From Arenicellales bacterium (GTDB lineage Bacteria > Pseudomonadota > Gammaproteobacteria > Arenicellales > Poriferihabitantaceae): a stretch of 64,000 nt of DNA. The notes under the pieces are model-generated. The model saw nothing but the letters and a program-made list of their open reading frames with translations, did not search any database and was not told where the DNA came from. The stretch covers positions 1,812,977 through 1,876,976 of the forward strand of contig OY734803.1 in NCBI GenBank assembly GCA_963457535.1, given 5' to 3'. This document shows, piece after piece, positions 57,877 to 64,000 of this stretch (position 1 is the first letter of the stretch; every line of letters starts with the position of its first letter). The translations under genes and the position numbers were made by a program.

Positions 57877-59087
57877 AAGAGACCGTGGTCGGCCTGGACC
57901 TCGGCACCTCCAAGGTGCTGGTGGTGGTCGGCGAAATCAACGCGAAGAACGAAATCGACGTGGTCGGCATCGGCCACCACCCGACGCGCGGCCTGCGCCG
58001 CGGCGTGGTCGCCGACATTGAATCCACGGTGGAATCCATTCGCCGCGCGGTGGAGGAGGCCGAGTTGATGACCGATCACAGCATCAGCACGGTGTCGGTC
58101 GGCATCTCCGGCGACCACATCAGCAGTTTCAACTCGCATGGCGTGGTCGCCATCAGCGACGGCGAAGTCGCGCAGGCCGACGTCGACCAGGTCATAGACG
58201 CGGCAAAGGCGATGGCCATCCCGAACGACCAGCGCGTCCTGCATGTGGTGCCGCAGGACTTTGTCATTGACGGGCAGAACGGCATTCGCCAGCCGGTCGG
58301 CATGAGCGGCGTTCGCATGGAGGCGCATGTGCATGTCGTGACCTGCGCCGAAAGCGCCGCGCAAAACATCATTAAGTGCGTGCGCCGCGGCGGGCTTGAG
58401 GCCGACGACATCGTGCTCGAGCAAATCGCCTCCAGCGAAGCCGTGCTCAGCGAAGACGAGCGCGACCTCGGCGTGTGCATGGTGGACATCGGCGGCGGCA
58501 CCACCGACATCGCGGTGTTCTCGGACGGCGCGCTGCACCATTCGGCGGTGATCGCCATCGCCGGCGACCATGTGACGCGCGACATCGCCTACGCGTTCGG
58601 CACGCCGACTTCGGCCGCCGAGGAAATCAAAAAGCGGCACGGCTGCGCGCTCGCCAAACTGGTGAACGAGGCGCAAACCATAGAGGCGCCGAGCCGCGGC
58701 GGCCGCGCGCCGCGTGCGCTGTCGCGGCAAAAACTCGCCGAAATCATTGAACCGCGCGTGGACGAGTTGCTCGGGCTGGTGCAAAAAGAACTGCGCCACA
58801 GCGGCTTTGAGGAATTGGTCGGCGCCGGGCTGGTGCTGACCGGCGGCAGTTCGCGCATTGAAGGCATGGTGGAACTCGCCGAAGAAATCTTTCACCTTCC
58901 GGTTCGCCTCGGCACGCCGAATTACGAACGCGCGCTGAGCGAAGTGGTGTGCACGCCGATCTACGCGACCGGCATCGGCTTGATGCAGTACGGCCACGCC
59001 AGCCGCATGCGCCGCGCGCAGCGCGGCTCCGGCGGCGTGCGCGGCCGCTACGGGCGCGTCAAAGGCTGGTTCAAGCGGAACTTCTGA
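57870..59087 (+). CDS. ftsA: Cell division protein FtsA
   Basis: ORF 57870..59087. Actin-fold motifs VGLDLGTSKV and VDIGGGTTDIAVF, plus a C-terminal amphipathic tail GRVKGWFKRNF. Confidence 0.95.
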   Translation: MVKETVVGLDLGTSKVLVVVGEINAKNEIDVVGIGHHPTRGLRRGVVADIESTVESIRRAVEEAELMTDHSISTVSVGISGDHISSFNSHGVVAISDGEVAQADVDQVIDAAKAMAIPNDQRVLHVVPQDFVIDGQNGIRQPVGMSGVRMEAHVHVVTCAESAAQNIIKCVRRGGLEADDIVLEQIASSEAVLSEDERDLGVCMVDIGGGTTDIAVFSDGALHHSAVIAIAGDHVTRDIAYAFGTPTSAAEEIKKRHGCALAKLVNEAQTIEAPSRGGRAPRALSRQKLAEIIEPRVDELLGLVQKELRHSGFEELVGAGLVLTGGSSRIEGMVELAEEIFHLPVRLGTPNYERALSEVVCTPIYATGIGLMQYGHASRMRRAQRGSGGVRGRYGRVKGWFKRNF

Positions 59088-59155
59088 TTTGTTTTTTCGC
59101 GGCGGCGCGCGAGCGCCGCCACCCGGTTTTCATCATCACAGCGAGGTAAGCCAAA

Positions 59156-60421
59156 ATGTTTGAAATAGTCGATACGGTCAGCCAGCAGGCGACCATCAAA
59201 GTGGTCGGCATCGGCGGCGGCGGCGGCAACGCGGTCGAGCATATGGTCAAAGCGGACCTCGCCGGCGTCGGTTTCATCAACGCCAACACCGACGCGCAAG
59301 CGCTAAACGCGTCCAAAGCGCCGACGGTGCTGCAAATCGGCGAGGGCCTGACCAAGGGGCTCGGCGCCGGCGCCAATCCGGAGGTCGGCCGGCAGGCCGC
59401 GCTGGAGGACCGCGAGCGCATCGCCTCTTCCATAGAGGGCGCCGACATGGTGTTCATCGCGGCCGGCATGGGCGGCGGCACCGGCACCGGCGCGGCGCCG
59501 GTCATCGCCGAGGTGGCGCGCGAAATGGGAATGCTGAGCGTCGCCGTGGTCACCAAGCCGTTTCCGTTTGAGGGCGAGAAGCGGATGGAGCAGGCGCTGC
59601 GCGGCATTGAAAATCTGCAGGGCCGGGTGGATTCGCTGATCATCATCCCCAACGAAAAAGTGCTCGCGGTGATGGGGCAGAACGCGCCGATGCGCGAGGC
59701 CTTCCACAAAGCCGACGAAGTGCTGTTCAACGCGGTGCAGGGGATTTCCGAACTGATCACCCGCCCCGGGCTGATCAACGTGGATTTCGCCGATGTGCGC
59801 ACGGTGATGTCGGAGATGGGCATGGCGATGATGGGCTCGGCCACCGCCAGCGGCGAAAACCGCGCGGTGGAGGCCGCCGGCCGGGCGATTTCCAGCCCGC
59901 TGCTGGAGGACATTGACCTCCGCGGCGCCAAGGGGATTCTGGTCAACATCGCCGCCGGCAAAGACATGGCGATCGGCGAATACGAGGCGGTCGGCACCGC
60001 CATCGGCGAATACGCCGCGCAGGACGCGAAGGTGGTCATCGGCGTGGTCGTGGACGAGAGCATGAAAGACGAGTTGCGCGTGACCATGGTCGCGACCGGG
60101 CTGGTCGATTCGCGCCCGCCCGAGACCGGCACGCCCGAAACCGCGGCCGAAGCGCCGCCGGATTTGCCGCGCAAACAGGCGCCGAAATTGCCGGCAACGG
60201 CGGCGAACGAGCCCGACGACGCGCCCGAGGCCAATGCCGCGGCGGAGGCGGATGCGGGCGAGGTGGTTCAGCCGGTTTCGCCGGCCAAGTCGGCCGGGGC
60301 GGCGGTGCAGCCGGTTCCGCCGGCGCGGCGCAACGGCAAGGCGCAGCGCGGGCAAACCCCGCCGCCGCTGGACATGGATCTGCTGGATTTGCCGGCATTT
60401 TTGCGCCGACAGGCGGATTAG
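59156..60421 (+). CDS. ftsZ: Cell division protein FtsZ
   Basis: ORF 59156..60421. Motifs: [10 protein letters not shown] and the tubulin signature [11 protein letters not shown]. The conserved C-terminal peptide is [14 protein letters not shown]. Confidence 0.97.
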   Translation: MFEIVDTVSQQATIKVVGIGGGGGNAVEHMVKADLAGVGFINANTDAQALNASKAPTVLQIGEGLTKGLGAGANPEVGRQAALEDRERIASSIEGADMVFIAAGMGGGTGTGAAPVIAEVAREMGMLSVAVVTKPFPFEGEKRMEQALRGIENLQGRVDSLIIIPNEKVLAVMGQNAPMREAFHKADEVLFNAVQGISELITRPGLINVDFADVRTVMSEMGMAMMGSATASGENRAVEAAGRAISSPLLEDIDLRGAKGILVNIAAGKDMAIGEYEAVGTAIGEYAAQDAKVVIGVVVDESMKDELRVTMVATGLVDSRPPETGTPETAAEAPPDLPRKQAPKLPATAANEPDDAPEANAAAEADAGEVVQPVSPAKSAGAAVQPVPPARRNGKAQRGQTPPPLDMDLLDLPAFLRRQAD

Positions 60422-60551
60422 CGGCGGCATTTCGGCATTTGGGGGCATCCGGGCGGCATTCGGGGGGCCGGCTCCACAGCCGGCGCCCCCGCGCCGGCCG
60501 GCGCGCCCGCCCCATTTGTGGGCGGTCCGGCGGGGCCGCCGCCGCCGCGCA

Positions 60552-60587
60552 TTTTTTTGCCATTTTTTTGCCTTTTTTTTGCGTTTT
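60552..60587. repeat. Four phased T-tracts (10-11-bp spacing) upstream of lpxC
   Basis: T7 at 60552, T7 at 60563, T8 at 60573 and T4 at 60584. They are followed by a possible -10 TAAAAT (60603-60608), with TTGCGT (60579-60584) 18 nt upstream of it. Confidence 0.7.
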
Positions 60588-60686
60588 CGCCCGCAATTCC
60601 GGTAAAATCCCGCGCCGACAACTCGCCACCACCCTTTCCATTCCAACACGAACCAACACGGCCCAATACGGCACAGGACTTTCGGC

Positions 60687-61601
60687 ATGATCAATCAGCG
60701 CACTTTGAAAAACAGCATTCGGGCGACCGGCGTAGGCCTGCACACCGGCGCGAAAATTTATCTGACACTTCGCCCGGCGCCGGTGGACACCGGCATTGTC
60801 TTTCAGCGCACCGACCTTGATCCGGTGGTGGATATTCCCGCGGCGCCGGCAAATGTCAGCGACACGCGCCTGTCCACCACGCTTGAACAGGGCGACGGCG
60901 TCAAAATTTCCACGGTGGAGCATTTGATGTCGGCTTTCGCCGGGCTCGGCATTGACAACGCGTATGTGGAAGTGAGCGCGCCCGAAGTGCCGATCATGGA
61001 CGGCAGCGCCGCGCCGTTTGTTTTTTTGCTGCAGTCGGCGGGAATTCGCGAACAAAGCAAGCCCAAGCAGTTCATTCGCATTAAAAAATCCCTGCGCATC
61101 GCCGACGGCGACAAGTGGGCGCGCTTTGAGCCGTTTCACGGATTCAAAGTTTCCTTCTCCATCGACTTTGACCATCCGATTTTGCAAAACTCCACGCAGG
61201 TCGCGTCGGTGGATTTTTCCACCACCTCGTTCGTCAAGGAAGTCAGCCGCGCGCGCACCTTCGGTTTCATGGAAGACCTGGAGGAATTGCGCGATGTCGG
61301 GCTGGCGCAGGGCGGAAGTTTTGACAACGCCATCGTCATGGACTCCTTTCACATCCTGAACGACGACGGGCTGCGCTACGAAGACGAATTCGTCAAGCAC
61401 AAAGTCCTGGACGCAATCGGCGACCTCTACCTCCTCGGCCACCCGCTGATCGGCGAGTTCAGCGCGCACAAATCCGGGCACGCGCTGAACAACCGCCTGC
61501 TACGCCGCCTGCTCGCCGACCGCTCGGCCTGGGAGTTGATTTCCTTTGACCAGGAAGACGAAGTGCCGATCGCCTTCGGGCAGAGTTTGCCGGCGGTGTA
61601 A
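60687..61601 (+). CDS. lpxC: UDP-3-O-acyl-N-acetylglucosamine deacetylase
   Basis: ORF 60687..61601. Motifs: [32 protein letters not shown] and [14 protein letters not shown]. Confidence 0.96.
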   Translation: MINQRTLKNSIRATGVGLHTGAKIYLTLRPAPVDTGIVFQRTDLDPVVDIPAAPANVSDTRLSTTLEQGDGVKISTVEHLMSAFAGLGIDNAYVEVSAPEVPIMDGSAAPFVFLLQSAGIREQSKPKQFIRIKKSLRIADGDKWARFEPFHGFKVSFSIDFDHPILQNSTQVASVDFSTTSFVKEVSRARTFGFMEDLEELRDVGLAQGGSFDNAIVMDSFHILNDDGLRYEDEFVKHKVLDAIGDLYLLGHPLIGEFSAHKSGHALNNRLLRRLLADRSAWELISFDQEDEVPIAFGQSLPAV

Positions 61602-61617
61602 CCCGGCTCGCGCACGC

Positions 61618-61932
61618 TCAGTCGGCGCGCGCCGGCGCCGTTTCCGGCTGCGTCTTCACTTCGATTTTTTCCACCGCAAAACCGCGCGCGCGCAGCGTTT
61701 CCGCCAGGCTGTGTGCGCGGTGGCGGATTTCCATTCCCCAGGAAGCGGCCTCCACGAACACCACCAGCCGCCCGGACGCGAACAGCAGCGGCCGGCTTTG
61801 CGCGCCGGCCGCGCCGAGATTTCCGCGCCAAAACCGCTCCAGGCGAATCTGCGCTTCGCGCGGCGCCGGGCGGTCGGAAGTTTCCGCAAGCGCCGCGTCC
61901 AAAAGCGCGCTGATCTGCCGAAACGCGGTCAT
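61618..61932 (-). CDS. DUF721-like (DciA-like) small protein
   Basis: ORF 61618..61980 trimmed to ATG 61932 (MTAFRQISALLD...). It has the usual size and position: a small divergent gene between lpxC and secA, as in many gammaproteobacteria. The string LVVFVEAASWGMEIRHRAHSLAETLRARGF resembles DUF721. The call rests on context plus weak motif memory. Confidence 0.55.
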   Translation of the reverse strand: MTAFRQISALLDAALAETSDRPAPREAQIRLERFWRGNLGAAGAQSRPLLFASGRLVVFVEAASWGMEIRHRAHSLAETLRARGFAVEKIEVKTQPETAPARAD

Positions 61933-61988
61933 CGCAAAATTATAATGCCGCGGCGACTCTGGCATAATCCCCGCGCGCATCCCCTTCC

Positions 61989-64000
61989 ATGCTGCAGCAC
62001 GCCCTGAAAAAACTTTTCGGCGACCGCAACCAGCGGCTGCTGAGAAACATCGGCAAAACCGTCGAGCGGATCAACGCGCTGGAGCCGGCGATGGCCGCGC
62101 TCAGCGACGGCGAACTGGCGGCGAAGACCGCCGAATTTCGCGCGCGCATAAAGGACGAAAAAAAACCGGAGCGCAAAGACGACCTGCTGCCCGAGGCGTT
62201 CGCGGTGGTGCGCGAGGCCTCGGTGCGCGCGCTCGGCATGCGCCATTTTGATGTGCAGTTGCTCGGCGGCATCGTGCTGAACAGCGGCAAGATCGCCGAG
62301 ATGAAAACCGGCGAGGGAAAAACCCTGGTGGCGACGCTGCCGGCCTACCTCAACGCGGTCGCCGGCGTTCCGGTGCACATCGTCACCGTGAACGACTACC
62401 TGGCGCGGCGCGACGCCGAATGGATGGGAAAGATTTACGAGTTCCTCGGGCTGCGCGTCGGCGTGGTCGTCTCCGGGCAGGACGGCGCGGAAAAGCGCGA
62501 GGCCTACCGCAGCGACATCGTCTACGGCACCAACAACGAGTTCGGCTTTGATTACCTGCGCGACAACATGGCGTTCACCGCCGCCGAGCGCGTGCAAAAT
62601 GGGCTCGGCTTCGCCGTGGTGGACGAGGTGGATTCCATTTTGATAGACGAGGCGCGCACGCCGCTGATCATCTCCGGCCCGGCCGAGGAGAGCACCGCGC
62701 TGTATGAGCGCATCAACAAAATCGCGCCGCGCCTGAAGCGCCAGCGCGGCGAGGGCGAAGGCGAGCGCGGTGATTTCACCATTGACGAAAAAACCCGCCA
62801 GGTCTCGCTGACCGAGCAGGGGCACGAAGTCGCCGAGCGCATGCTGGTGGACGAGGACCTGCTGCCCGAGGGCGGAAGCCTGTATGAGATCGGCAACATC
62901 GGCCTGATGCACCATGTCTACGCGGCGCTGCGCGCGCACAACCTGTTCCAAAAAGACGTCGCCTACATCGTGCGCGACGGGCGCATCGTCATCATTGACG
63001 AATTCACCGGGCGAATGATGGCCGGGCGGCGCTGGTCGGACGGGCTGCACCAGGCGGTGGAGGCGAAGGAGGGCGTGGAGATACAGCAGGAAAACCAGAC
63101 GCTGGCCTCCATCACCTTCCAAAATTATTTCCGGCTGTACCGAACCCTCTCCGGCATGACCGGCACCGCCGACACCGAGGCGCCGGAGTTCATGCAGATC
63201 TACCGGCTGGAAGTGGTGGTCATTCCGCCGAACCGCCCGATGGTGCGCGCGGACGAGCCCGACCTGGTCTACCGCGTGGAGAGCGAAAAATTCCGCGCGA
63301 TCATAGACGCGGTCGCCGAGCGGCGCGGCAACGGCCAGCCGGTGCTGGTCGGCACCGCCTCCATTGAATCCTCGGAGCGCCTGTCGCAGATGCTGCGCGA
63401 GGGCGGCATCGCGCACAAGGTGCTGAACGCCAAGCACCACGAGCAGGAGGCGCAGATCATCGCCGAGGCCGGCCGCCCCGGCACCGTGACCATCGCCACC
63501 CACATGGCCGGGCGCGGCACCGACATCGTGCTCGGCGGCAATTTGGAAATTGAACTCGCCGGCATTGAGGACGAGGCCGAGGCCGAGAAAGCGCGCGCCG
63601 CGTGGCGCGAGCGCAACCGCCGCGTGATTGAGGCCGGCGGGCTGCATGTGCTCGGCACCGAGCGCAACGAGTCGCGGCGCGTGGACAACCAGTTGCGCGG
63701 CCGCTGCGGCCGCCAGGGCGACCCCGGCTCCAGCCGCTACTACCTGTCGCTGGAGGACAACCTGATGCGGATTTTCGGCTCCGAGCGCATCAAGGGGCTG
63801 ATGCAAAAACTCGGCATGGAAGAGGGCGAGGCGATAGAGCACCCGTGGGTGACGCGCGCCATCGCCAACGCGCAGATGAAGGTGGAAGGGCACAACTTTG
63901 ACATGCGCAAGCAACTTCTGGAATACGACGACGTCGCCAACGAGCAGCGCAAGGTGATCTACGCGCAGCGCGACGCGCTGATGGAGAGCGACGACATCTC
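61989..64000 (+). CDS. secA: Preprotein translocase ATPase SecA (N-terminal ~670 aa; continues beyond the window)
   Basis: Not in the ORF track because no stop falls in the window. My translation from ATG 61989 gives [54 protein letters not shown]... It contains [20 protein letters not shown] (Walker A) and [21 protein letters not shown] near 62620. Confidence 0.95.
   Translation, partial: MLQHALKKLFGDRNQRLLRNIGKTVERINALEPAMAALSDGELAAKTAEFRARIKDEKKPERKDDLLPEAFAVVREASVRALGMRHFDVQLLGGIVLNSGKIAEMKTGEGKTLVATLPAYLNAVAGVPVHIVTVNDYLARRDAEWMGKIYEFLGLRVGVVVSGQDGAEKREAYRSDIVYGTNNEFGFDYLRDNMAFTAAERVQNGLGFAVVDEVDSILIDEARTPLIISGPAEESTALYERINKIAPRLKRQRGEGEGERGDFTIDEKTRQVSLTEQGHEVAERMLVDEDLLPEGGSLYEIGNIGLMHHVYAALRAHNLFQKDVAYIVRDGRIVIIDEFTGRMMAGRRWSDGLHQAVEAKEGVEIQQENQTLASITFQNYFRLYRTLSGMTGTADTEAPEFMQIYRLEVVVIPPNRPMVRADEPDLVYRVESEKFRAIIDAVAERRGNGQPVLVGTASIESSERLSQMLREGGIAHKVLNAKHHEQEAQIIAEAGRPGTVTIATHMAGRGTDIVLGGNLEIELAGIEDEAEAEKARAAWRERNRRVIEAGGLHVLGTERNESRRVDNQLRGRCGRQGDPGSSRYYLSLEDNLMRIFGSERIKGLMQKLGMEEGEAIEHPWVTRAIANAQMKVEGHNFDMRKQLLEYDDVANEQRKVIYAQRDALMESDDI

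Overview
This is a 64-kb high-GC chromosomal segment (roughly two-thirds G+C by eye) with gammaproteobacterial-type gene order. Nearly all genes are on the + strand.

Core content, in order:
- the 5' part of a 2Fe-2S/FNR-type reductase (-), mutM, a cysteine synthase, a gamma-glutamyltransferase and a GcvT-family gene (-);
- tRNA-Pro(CGG), ispB (-), rplU-rpmA-obgE-proB, rpsT (-), murJ-ribF-lspA-ispH and tRNA-Ser(UGA);
- pgeF, a C-N hydrolase, tldD-pmbA, hemW (-) and rppH (-);
- a dcw cluster (no ddl) mraZ-rsmH-ftsL-ftsI-murE-murF-mraY-murD-ftsW-murG-murC-murB-ftsQ-ftsA-ftsZ, then lpxC, a DUF721-like gene (-) and the 5' part of secA.

Accessory or unusual content:
1. A ~1.8-kb low-GC islet lies between mutM and the cysteine synthase gene. 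It has its own near-consensus promoter and two translationally coupled ORFs, each with a PD-(D/E)XK-type nuclease signature and no modification partner.
2. Three paralogous Sec-signal proteins are built from Fn3, cadherin-like beta-sandwich, Calx-beta and YDG/MBG-type repeats. All three end in the same dockerin-like double EF-hand module. One is an intact 3126-aa ORF; the other two are each split by a single-nucleotide frame change.
3. An orphan 177-aa ORF is followed by two tandem ~145-nt units that read as promoter-to-terminator units on the minus strand. They are a candidate novel sRNA pair, or a leader plus micro-ORF.
4. Arrays of a TTTTCCG / CGGAAAA motif with 13-14-bp period occupy several intergenic regions. 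The same motif appears in-frame inside coding sequence (L21 C-terminal tail, C-N hydrolase insertion, RsmH tail).

I saw no rRNA, CRISPR array, transposase, integrase or prophage genes. All family and domain calls come from by-eye motif recognition on the supplied translations and my own translations; no searches were run. The many long ORFs antisense to real genes are GC-composition artefacts.
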